Source of the DNA: an uncultured Candidatus Saccharibacteria bacterium | GTDB taxonomy: Bacteria; Patescibacteriota; Saccharimonadia; Saccharimonadales; Saccharimonadaceae | Reading direction: 5' to 3' | Assembly (NCBI GenBank): GCA_947367565.1 | Contig: CANBEI010000001.1 | Span: 4,976 to 68,975, forward strand | Length of the DNA: 64,000 nt | In this document: in pieces, positions 1-6,941 of the stretch | Numbering within the stretch: position 1 is the first letter of the stretch | Layout: the number at the start of each line of letters is the position of its first letter | The notes under the pieces: generated by a model | Databases searched by the model: none | The model's input: the letters and a program-made list of their open reading frames with translations, nothing else | Told to the model about the DNA's origin: nothing | Position numbers and translations under genes: made by a program

Positions 1-760
1 AGTATTCTAACTCCGGCTCGGGCGTTAGTTCGTATTCGCAAGTCGGTAAAAACTTTTTATAAAACAAGTCTGACATAGCTTGAATATCGCAGGCTTCCTG
101 AGAATCGATGCGAAATTTCAGCCAACGACGAGCAGCAACTGTGCGAGAAGTGAGACCAGGAGCATTGCCCGTCCAAAGCACCCAATATTCATAATCGTCA
201 CTTGAACAGCGCGTGTCGTTATAGACAATCATGCCGTATTCTGGACGGCCGAGAATGTCAATGTACTGGTTTTTAGCGCGAGTATAGAGCACTGGAGCGT
301 CGCGGCGAATATGCTGCTCGTCAGTTTTTACACCCACGCCGTAAAGTCGGAGTTTTCCCAACTCAACAATTTCATATTCGAGGCCAGAATCGGCCGTTTG
401 GCGAGTAAAACTTAGACGAGGGTAATATTTAAGTTTTGGAGCATGACGCTTGACTTCGCTAGGTTTAATACCGTGAAACTTAGCAAAAGCACGCGCAAAG
501 GCAGCAGCCGAACTATAGCCATATTTTGCGGCAAGGTCGATAACACGAAAATCACTCTGCGCCAAATCACGGCCAGCAAGAGTAAGGCGACGTCGCCTTA
601 CATAATCGGCAATCGTCATATCGGTTAGTAGTGGAAAAATCCGTTTTAGAGTATTAAAATTAGTACCAGCTAAACGCGCCAACTCAGCTTCATCGATTTC
701 CGAATCGAGGTGTGCTTCAAGATAAGCGACCACCGCATTCAGCCGATCATAAAACGCCAT
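1..760 (-). CDS. AraC/XylS-family transcriptional regulator with GyrI-like effector-binding C-terminal region; 3' end runs off the window
   Basis: Absent from ORF track because no stop lies in the window. My translation of the minus strand from ATG 760-758 gives MAFYDRLNAVVAYLEAHLDSEIDEAELARLAGTNFNTLKRIF...RRRRLTLAGRDLAQSDFRVIDLAAKYGYSSAAAFARAFAKFHGIKPSEVKR, a typical AraC HTH pair. The ATG overlaps the TGA of the upstream kinase gene (ATGA). Confidence 0.75.
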   Translation of the reverse strand, partial: MAFYDRLNAVVAYLEAHLDSEIDEAELARLAGTNFNTLKRIFPLLTDMTIADYVRRRRLTLAGRDLAQSDFRVIDLAAKYGYSSAAAFARAFAKFHGIKPSEVKRHAPKLKYYPRLSFTRQTADSGLEYEIVELGKLRLYGVGVKTDEQHIRRDAPVLYTRAKNQYIDILGRPEYGMIVYNDTRCSSDDYEYWVLWTGNAPGLTSRTVAARRWLKFRIDSQEACDIQAMSDLFYKKFLPTCEYELTPEPELEY

Positions 761-2166
761 CAGCGAAAATACTCCAGAACCTCTGCGCCGTGCTGCCAGG
801 CGGTTTCAAGCTGGGCGTGAAATTCATCGAGCAGGCAAAACTCCTGCGCTAGAGCCTTAGCAGGGCCATCACGCAAGGTAGTAGCTAAAAATCCTGGTAG
901 TAACTTTGCACCGCTTGTACAAATTTGGCGGAAGTCATCAAAACTACGTTCAACATAAAACTCAGTAACTTGGGCTGCCAGCAGCTGCTTCGTACTAGAA
1001 AGGTTCTCGGAAAAGACGCCAATACCAAATAACGCCAGAAAAGCCTTCGCCATTTTGAAGAAAACTTCGGGAGGAGAAATATTATAATAGACAAAAATAT
1101 TCATCATCTCGACGAAAAACTGTGCGACCGGAATGTCTTGGATTTTAGCGACTTCCTGCTGAATATCTTGCCTAAACTGTGCATCATCAAAAGCGCCGCA
1201 TTCACTAGTGCGAATTAAGGTTTCGATCACCTTATCGGCACGGCCAGAATAGGCATTGAGAAAAATCTCTCGTACGAACTTCACCTCCTCGGAGTTTAAG
1301 GCAAAAATCAATCCAAGATCGAGAAAACCAACGTTCCCGGCTGCGTCTAGGTAAATATTACCGCCATGAGGATCGCCGTGAAAAATCACCGGAAGACCAT
1401 GCAGTAATGCATAAAAAGATAACGCCATATAGTCGTTTAGTCCGTCACGAATTTTGGCTTTATGCTCCGCAGTAAGTGACAGCTGATTAATCGTCGGGTC
1501 ATGAATAAATTCCATGACAATAAGATTATCCGTACAAAGTTCCGAAAAGACTTGCGGAACTTTTAATCGCACACTGTGCGGGATTTTGCCGTTAACACTG
1601 GAGATGAAATCTTGGTATTCCGTAATATTCTGGCGTTCGCGCTGAAAATCAGTTTCTTGATAAATCCATTCCGCCCAGAGAGTCAGGGCTTGGTCGCTGC
1701 CGAGAAAATTACGAAACTTCGTCAGTTTGCCAAAACGATGAATCAGACGCTGAATCTGCCGAACATCACGTCGGACACGGCGAGCGACATCTTGGCGTTT
1801 AACCTTAATTGCTACTTCGCGACCATCCAGCAAGACAGCGCGATGGACCTGCGAAACCGAAGCAGCCCCAATAGGCTTAGGATCAATACTCCGGAATTTA
1901 TCAGAAACCTTGCAGCCATATTCACTCTCGATGATTTTAGTAATTTTGCGATATGACACTGGCCTGCAATCATCGCAAACTTTCGACAAATTTCGACGAT
2001 CCTGCTCGCTAAAGATTTGACCGTAATTTTGCATGGCGAGAATCTGCGCCATTTTGATATAAACTACGCCCATCTTGAGTGCAAAACGGCAAATCACAGC
2101 GCCAGTATTACGACGCAAAACAAATTTCTGGATTAGCATAACGAAGCCGTGGAAATACAGACGCAT
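760..2166 (-). CDS. ABC1/UbiB-family atypical protein kinase
   Basis: 468-aa ORF. IGAASVSQVHRAVLLDGREVAIKVKRQDV and HGDPHGGNIYL match ABC1/UbiB kinase signatures. AAGGGGG Shine-Dalgarno lies 5 nt upstream of ATG 2166. Confidence 0.85.
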   Translation of the reverse strand: MRLYFHGFVMLIQKFVLRRNTGAVICRFALKMGVVYIKMAQILAMQNYGQIFSEQDRRNLSKVCDDCRPVSYRKITKIIESEYGCKVSDKFRSIDPKPIGAASVSQVHRAVLLDGREVAIKVKRQDVARRVRRDVRQIQRLIHRFGKLTKFRNFLGSDQALTLWAEWIYQETDFQRERQNITEYQDFISSVNGKIPHSVRLKVPQVFSELCTDNLIVMEFIHDPTINQLSLTAEHKAKIRDGLNDYMALSFYALLHGLPVIFHGDPHGGNIYLDAAGNVGFLDLGLIFALNSEEVKFVREIFLNAYSGRADKVIETLIRTSECGAFDDAQFRQDIQQEVAKIQDIPVAQFFVEMMNIFVYYNISPPEVFFKMAKAFLALFGIGVFSENLSSTKQLLAAQVTEFYVERSFDDFRQICTSGAKLLPGFLATTLRDGPAKALAQEFCLLDEFHAQLETAWQHGAEVLEYFR

Positions 2167-2178
2167 ATTCCCCCTTGG

Positions 2179-2640
2179 CTACAAATGTAGACCTTCGTCA
2201 AGCTCTTTTTGTCCGCCAATCGGAAAGCGAACTTTTTCGCCGTCTTGCGGCATGATAATATGGACGTGGAGACGAGTCAAAGATGCACCAGATTTGGCTG
2301 GGTCGCCAAAACGCATACAGATACCACCGCCAGTAATTTTATATTCCTTGACGAGTCTCTGCCAAATCTGCTGTAAATCTAGCCACATTTCCGGTGAAAT
2401 ATCTTCAATCTCATAGACTGGCCCAAGGGCAACAATCAAAAACGAAATTTCACTACCGGGACGCGGATAGCGATTCTCGGAGACGTGCCAATAATCGGTC
2501 TGAAAGATAATTTTCTGAGCCTCCTGATCGATATTCTCAAGCGCCATCGGATCCTTATCGGCAGCTTCCATACCTAGCATAATATCAAGCTGCTCTTGAT
2601 GGCGAGCGTTGGGTGGATAAATATATTTGTACTTCGGCAT
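2179..2640 (-). CDS. HIT-like (histidine-triad-like) nucleotide hydrolase/transferase, divergent
   Basis: ORF track starts at a TTG (2661). ATG at 2640 has GGAGG 9 nt upstream and overlaps the upstream stop (TAATG). The C-terminal RLHVHIIMP resembles the HxHxHxx HIT motif with the first His lost. Confidence 0.5.
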   Translation of the reverse strand: MPKYKYIYPPNARHQEQLDIMLGMEAADKDPMALENIDQEAQKIIFQTDYWHVSENRYPRPGSEISFLIVALGPVYEIEDISPEMWLDLQQIWQRLVKEYKITGGGICMRFGDPAKSGASLTRLHVHIIMPQDGEKVRFPIGGQKELDEGLHL

Positions 2641-3587
2641 TATTTTTCCTCCATTAGACAAATAGTTTTAATTCCTTTTTTCTCAGCGAGGGCGTGAGAG
2701 CGCTTACTCCAATTGCGTTCAGGATGGTCTTCGAGATAGTAAATCTCTTTCACACCTTTGTCCGCGAGAACTTTCATACACTTATCGCACGGAAAGAGCG
2801 TGACGTAAACTGGCGTATCGGCGAGAGTTTTGATGTTGCCCATTTTTTTTAATAAGTTAATCTCGGCATGCTCAACTGTGTCATAAAATAACTCAGTGCG
2901 ATGCGCAACATCATGCTCCGGAATTGTAAAATCAATTTGGTTCGATCCATAAACCCATTGTCCATTCCAGAGACAAATAGCAGCGGTCGGACAAACATCG
3001 TCGGTCGAATATTGCAATTCTTTCAAAAGACGCGGAATCGGCTCAGGCATTTCCTTGGAGTAATTAATTCGACGTTTCATATTTGCAGCGGCTTTTGCGA
3101 CATTTTCTTTCACGCCATCAATCTTGCGTAGGCGGCTATTAAGAGTAATTTGGCGAATTTTGTCTGAAGTCGAAGTCTTGGCTTGACGCGGCAAAACAGC
3201 AACTTCGCCACAGTATTTGCCTAGCTTTTCGATCTGCTCGTCATTGTAGTTCTCTTTAATAGCAATCAAAACGTCGGGTTTCACTGTCTTAATCAAATGC
3301 CACTTCGGTTCATCAACCTCCTTAATTACAACCGCATCAGCGATATTCAGCAGCCGAATAAACTCATAGCGCTCCTTCTCCGGGATTACTGGGCGCGTCG
3401 GACCTTTGCGCTTGCGAATCTTCTCGTCGCTATCCATGGCAATTACGAGAAAGTCGCACAGCGCACGAGCTTTCATGATATAGCGCAGATGGCCGAGATG
3501 AAATAAGTCCCAAGAACCTTGAACTAATCCGACCTTTTGCCCGGTTTTTTTAGCGATCTTGACGTTTGCTAACCAGTTCTCGTCCAT
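2640..3587 (-). CDS. Fusion protein: cytidylyl/adenylyltransferase-like N-domain + dCMP/cytidine deaminase C-domain
   Basis: N-terminal GSWDLFHLGHLRYIMKA (HxGH nucleotidyltransferase motif, TagD/RfaE-II-like). C-terminal HAEINLL ... PCDKCMKVL (HAE / PCxxC zinc deaminase motifs). Confidence 0.8.
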   Translation of the reverse strand: MDENWLANVKIAKKTGQKVGLVQGSWDLFHLGHLRYIMKARALCDFLVIAMDSDEKIRKRKGPTRPVIPEKERYEFIRLLNIADAVVIKEVDEPKWHLIKTVKPDVLIAIKENYNDEQIEKLGKYCGEVAVLPRQAKTSTSDKIRQITLNSRLRKIDGVKENVAKAAANMKRRINYSKEMPEPIPRLLKELQYSTDDVCPTAAICLWNGQWVYGSNQIDFTIPEHDVAHRTELFYDTVEHAEINLLKKMGNIKTLADTPVYVTLFPCDKCMKVLADKGVKEIYYLEDHPERNWSKRSHALAEKKGIKTICLMEEK

Positions 3588-3596
3588 AGTTCTACC

Positions 3597-4514
3597 TTAA
3601 ATCGCTACTGCAATGCCCTTAATCGCTTCATGCGGCTCATAGTCGGTCAATTCAAAATCAGTCGGACGGTAAGCGAAAATGTCATCATGTGAATTTGTAA
3701 TCTTGAGGGTTGGGAACGGTTTGCTTTCGCGCGAAAGGATTTCTTCCACCCACGGAAGTTGATTCTCGTAGATATGAGCGTCGGAAATCATATGGACAAA
3801 CTCACCTGGTTCCAGATCAAGCACTTCAGACATCGCTAGCAATAATGCCGAATATTGCACCCAGTTGCTCGGGCAGCCAATCAAGACATCACAGCTACGC
3901 TGGAACATGACAAGATTCAACTTATTATCAAGAATACGGAAATGCATCCAGCCATGGCAAGGGCAAACGACGACCTTTTGCTGATGATCTTTATTTCGAA
4001 TTGTGTACTGCGGGATCCAGGGCGAAATCAAATGTGTCTTCAACTCGGGGCGTTCGCGCATCTGTTTAATAATCTCAGCCAGCTGATTGAAGCTACCGCC
4101 GTCAGCGGTCGGAAAATCATGGAAAGCAGCGCCATATGACCCAGGGCCTAGATCGCCAGTCTCAAGGCCACGCTTCGCGCATTTTTTCTCGGTACACCAA
4201 GACTTCCACCACTTACAGCCAAACTCTTCAAGCTGTTCCTGAGTATGTGCACCATTAATGAAACCAAGTAGCTCGCCGACCGCGCCACGCCAGAACTTTT
4301 CCAGGCTGCGCTCAGTCAAAAACGGTACGCCGTTCTCCAGTAAATTAAAGCGCATAACTGGTGCACCTAATAAGTCGATCGTATTTACTTCGTTGCCGTC
4401 TTTATCCACCATGGGCGACGGGTCCTTGTGTCCGTGTTCTAAAACTGCACGAATCAGATTTTTGTACTGTTCGTCTGGTGTTCGTGATTGATATGGTCGA
4501 TATTCGCCTTTCAT
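3597..4514 (-). CDS. Thymidylate synthase (ThyA) family enzyme, divergent
   Basis: CPCHGWMHF (catalytic Cys), QRSCDVLIGCPSNWVQYSALL, DAHIYENQ and C-terminal GIAVAI align with ThyA motifs. True start is MKGEY at 4514 with GGAGG upstream; the ORF-track N-terminal extension is rejected. Confidence 0.8.
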   Translation of the reverse strand: MKGEYRPYQSRTPDEQYKNLIRAVLEHGHKDPSPMVDKDGNEVNTIDLLGAPVMRFNLLENGVPFLTERSLEKFWRGAVGELLGFINGAHTQEQLEEFGCKWWKSWCTEKKCAKRGLETGDLGPGSYGAAFHDFPTADGGSFNQLAEIIKQMRERPELKTHLISPWIPQYTIRNKDHQQKVVVCPCHGWMHFRILDNKLNLVMFQRSCDVLIGCPSNWVQYSALLLAMSEVLDLEPGEFVHMISDAHIYENQLPWVEEILSRESKPFPTLKITNSHDDIFAYRPTDFELTDYEPHEAIKGIAVAI

Positions 4515-4622
4515 TGCTACCTCCTGTATTGATATAATTGTAGCAAAGAAAAAAGTTTTTGGGGTGAAAAAGTAGCGAAAAGTTAATCGCATTAATTAAC
4601 AGAGGCGTGCTATAATCATTAT

Positions 4623-4937
4623 ATGAAGCACCACTGTCATTGCGGGTTAGAGAAGCATCTGGAGCGATTCCGGCTGAAGAAGTTCGGAGCGGTGGGGGTG
4701 GTTTTGATGATCTTGCATGTTTTGTTTCACGTCGTAGAGTGTCTAGTGTTGCCGGCAGCCTTGGTGGCGCTGGGTGGGCATGCAGTAGAGGAAGATGCAG
4801 CGGCAGTGAGCGAAAGTGTGATGACAGTGCCAGCCGAAGAGATTGAGCTGGCAGCAGACACCTCAAGTTTGTTAGTGGATTTTCATGAAAGTTTACAAGG
4901 TCTACGGATTTCGCTAGTCTCTGAGTTAGAGCTTTAG
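4623..4937 (+). CDS. Hypothetical small His/Cys-rich membrane protein
   Basis: 104-aa ORF MKHHCHCGLEKH... with one hydrophobic segment. TGCTATAAT (4608-4616) lies 6 nt upstream of the ATG, so the mRNA is probably leaderless. Confidence 0.45.
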   Translation: MKHHCHCGLEKHLERFRLKKFGAVGVVLMILHVLFHVVECLVLPAALVALGGHAVEEDAAAVSESVMTVPAEEIELAADTSSLLVDFHESLQGLRISLVSELEL

Positions 4938-5624
4938 CGCGGCGAGGGTAGCTTTATCTTCGGGGCTGACGCGACGTGATTCACGGGCTTTTTGGATAGC
5001 TTTGTTGTGAGTGAAAGTTGAAAGTTGGTCGCTGCGAAGATAATCTAAGGTCTCGTCGCGAAACTTCGTAAAGGCCTCGGCGACTAGCCAAGCAATCGCC
5101 ATGTTGACATAGTATTTGTCGGATTTCAAATCGTTGATAATTTGAAAGATTCGCGGTAAATACTCTGGTCGGAGAAAATGGTCCAGCATCATGACTAACA
5201 TAAAACGTTGAGGGTATTCGGCATCACCCTGCTCACTAGCGTTTTGACCGATTTCGCAGATGAATTCCCAGAGGCGCGGTAAATCTTCTACTTTTGGCTT
5301 AAAACTGGCGCAAAAACAGTCGCAGACCGCCCAGTTATTGATGCGCGGGATAAACCAAGCAACATAGTCAAGTCGTTCGGCTAATGCCATCGGCGCGGAG
5401 GCAATAATAATGCCAGTGATTAGAACTTCCTCGTAATAATAAGGCTGAATCTCATCAAGAAATTGCCAAAAATCACCTTTCGCAATTTCCTTGGCGAGCT
5501 TGCGCTGCTCGGGCATGCGCACACCAATCACATGCTCGGCCTGCGGGCAGGTCTTAAGATGAAAATTACGATAAGCAACGTCTTCTAGTTCCAGAAGACG
5601 CTCGCGCAGCTCTTCGGGGGTCAT
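4926..5624 (-). CDS. DNA alkylation repair protein (AlkD-like HEAT-repeat family)
   Basis: 232-aa ORF with RNFHLKTCPQAEHVIGVRMPEQRKLAKEI ... NNWAVCDCFC, typical of the DNA alkylation repair enzyme family. TGCTACAAT lies 7 nt upstream of the ATG. Confidence 0.75.
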   Translation of the reverse strand: MTPEELRERLLELEDVAYRNFHLKTCPQAEHVIGVRMPEQRKLAKEIAKGDFWQFLDEIQPYYYEEVLITGIIIASAPMALAERLDYVAWFIPRINNWAVCDCFCASFKPKVEDLPRLWEFICEIGQNASEQGDAEYPQRFMLVMMLDHFLRPEYLPRIFQIINDLKSDKYYVNMAIAWLVAEAFTKFRDETLDYLRSDQLSTFTHNKAIQKARESRRVSPEDKATLAALKL

Positions 5625-5649
5625 AATATATATTGTAGCACTCTATGCT

Positions 5650-6051
5650 CTACTGTCCGGAAAACGCCCAGTAAATAAACGCCCCCATAAAAGCGGCAAC
5701 AGCGACCACGGTGACACGGAAAAGTACACCGAGGAAGCCCGTAAACCAACGGCTAAATTTACGACTATCATATTCCTTGATTGCGAAACGTAGCTCGTCA
5801 TGCAACTCAGCATCTTCTCGTAGACTGCGGCGCACAACGGCAGTCACAGCGTCGGCAGCGACAACTTGGCTAGCTAAACAATCTTCGAGCGTCTTTCCGA
5901 AGCGTTCGTTACTCTTCACGCGTTTTTCAAGACGGCGCAAACGCTGTTCGAGGTCGGCAATATGACGATCCTTTTGATTAGTTTTGGTAATTTTTTCAGA
6001 CTTATCGTCGGATGACGCAGTTTTAGGGTTTTTGTCTGTTGTCTCGCTCAT
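5650..6051 (-). CDS. Hypothetical protein, coiled-coil N-part and C-terminal transmembrane helix
   Basis: 133-aa ORF. GGAGG lies about 10 nt upstream of ATG 6051. Charged N-terminus and hydrophobic C-terminus. Confidence 0.55.
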   Translation of the reverse strand: MSETTDKNPKTASSDDKSEKITKTNQKDRHIADLEQRLRRLEKRVKSNERFGKTLEDCLASQVVAADAVTAVVRRSLREDAELHDELRFAIKEYDSRKFSRWFTGFLGVLFRVTVVAVAAFMGAFIYWAFSGQ

Positions 6052-6144
6052 GGCAAGGGGCCTCCACTCTTAGTATAATATGTGTCTTGCCCAAGGACGT
6101 TTTTCCCTTTTTCTTTCCACCGGTTTTACTTATTTTAGTATAGC

Positions 6145-6411
6145 ATGAAAAAGTGGGTTGAGAGAAAAATTGAGACTAAAAATCTTCTCGACAATCCAGG
6201 GCATATGGCTTTTGTCCGTAGCGGGATTGTATATCTTGATGCTAGCGCAGTGTGGTATGTTGGTCGCTATGCTCAGCTATGGTCGCGTACGGCGAATTCA
6301 CCGAATAACGCCTATGACTTATTTATCTACACCGATAATGTCGATCCATCAGCTGGCGGTGGTCGCTACGTCGGTCGCTCCCTCCGCTGCCTCTACCCAG
6401 GTAGTGCCTAA
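6145..6411 (+). CDS. Small protein consisting of a FISUMP-type (Fibrobacter major paralogous domain) C-terminal tail module, copy S1
   Basis: 88-aa ORF: MKKWVERKIETKNLLDNPGH then MAFVRSG...LWSRTANSPNNAY...RYVGRSLRCLYPGSA. Internal ATG at 6205 starts exactly at the module. Confidence 0.5.
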   Translation: MKKWVERKIETKNLLDNPGHMAFVRSGIVYLDASAVWYVGRYAQLWSRTANSPNNAYDLFIYTDNVDPSAGGGRYVGRSLRCLYPGSA

Positions 6412-6580
6412 TGGAGGAAAAGGAAAATGAGAAATAGCTACTTTCAGGACCCGCTTGACCCGTCCCGTCGTTACGGGCGGGTCTGCGCTTCGCTCGCTTC
6501 CCCGTTGGTCGCGAAGATTCCTGAGAGTAGCTATTTCTCATCTCCATTCTTCCATTGGCTTCAGGCACGGCAGCGGAGGG
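6405..6580. repeat. Long imperfect palindrome with conserved GC-rich apical hairpin (structured element, copy A)
   Basis: Arms ATGAGAAATAGCTACTTTCAGGA (6427-6449) and TCCTGAGAGTAGCTATTTCTCAT (6519-6541) pair. Outer arms extend into the 3' ends of both convergent genes. Apical hairpin GACCCG-T-CCCGT-CGTT-ACGGG-CGGGTC lies at 6457-6483. Confidence 0.8.
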
Positions 6581-6755
6581 GGAAACCATAGTAACGACCG
6601 ACACTATTTGATGGGCCGACGCCGGTGGAATATACGCCTAAGTAACGTGCGTTAGTGGACGAGCTAGCCGTACGCGACCAATGATAGCTCCTTTCTCCAA
6701 AGTTGCTAATGTAGCCACTATCCAGATTAGTATATCCACTACGGACAAAAGCCAA
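6561..6755 (-). pseudogene. FISUMP-tail module copy S2, probably lacking a proper start
   Basis: LAFVRSGYTNLDSGYISNFGERSYHWSRTASSSTNARYLGVYSTGVGPSNSVGRYYGFPLRCRA. Upstream in frame is TAG-YYPSGATTIVQLP, where paralogue S5 has MNYYIATSGTSGATTIVQLP. Only a TTG is available as start. Confidence 0.45.
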
Positions 6756-6826
6756 TGGTAACTGTACTATGGTGGTGGCGCCGGAGGGATAATACTATAG
6801 GTTAAGGTATTATAAGATTGATATCA

Positions 6827-6929
6827 TTTTGCGACGTTAAAATTTTTAAAAAAATTTTAACGTCCGAAGCTATTCTTAACAGAGGTAGTTAGCAAAAGTT
6901 AGGTTAGAAAAATTGGATTTTTGTAAGCT
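6827..6929. repeat. 103-nt non-coding repeat R, copy 1, containing a perfect 32-nt AT-rich palindrome
   Basis: Differs at 2 of 103 positions from 41691-41793 by my manual alignment. Palindrome GACGTTAAAATTTTTAAAAAAATTTTAACGTC lies at 6833-6864. Confidence 0.9.
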
Positions 6930-6941
6930 GCGCGCCTCATG

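Noticed and set aside
4402-4866. 154-aa minus-strand ORF and other long antisense ORFs in GC-rich stretches (for example 56423-56863, 57114-57791, 59107-59472)
   Set aside because: They overlap better-supported genes on the other strand, have Arg/Ser/Pro-rich low-complexity translations, and lack start signals.
6427-6541. Known self-cleaving ribozyme, group II intron domain, retron msr/msd or integron attC site as the identity of the structured element
   Set aside because: I find no CUGAUGA...GAAA hammerhead core on either strand, no domain-V-like GAAA hairpin consensus, no adjacent RT or integrase, and no RYYYAAC/GTTRRRY attC ends. The element remains unclassified.
6427-6541. Classical MITE with conserved terminal inverted repeats
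   Set aside because: The outer arms of copies A and B are unrelated in sequence, whereas a transposase-recognised TIR should be shared. I could identify no target-site duplication.
6145-6755. Diversity-generating retroelement (TR/VR pair) explaining the lectin-tail modules
   Set aside because: No reverse-transcriptase ORF (no YxDD-type protein) lies in the window. Differences between module copies are spread over all four bases and include indels, rather than being confined to adenine positions. No pair of copies is similar enough to be a current TR/VR pair. A DGR elsewhere in the genome cannot be excluded.
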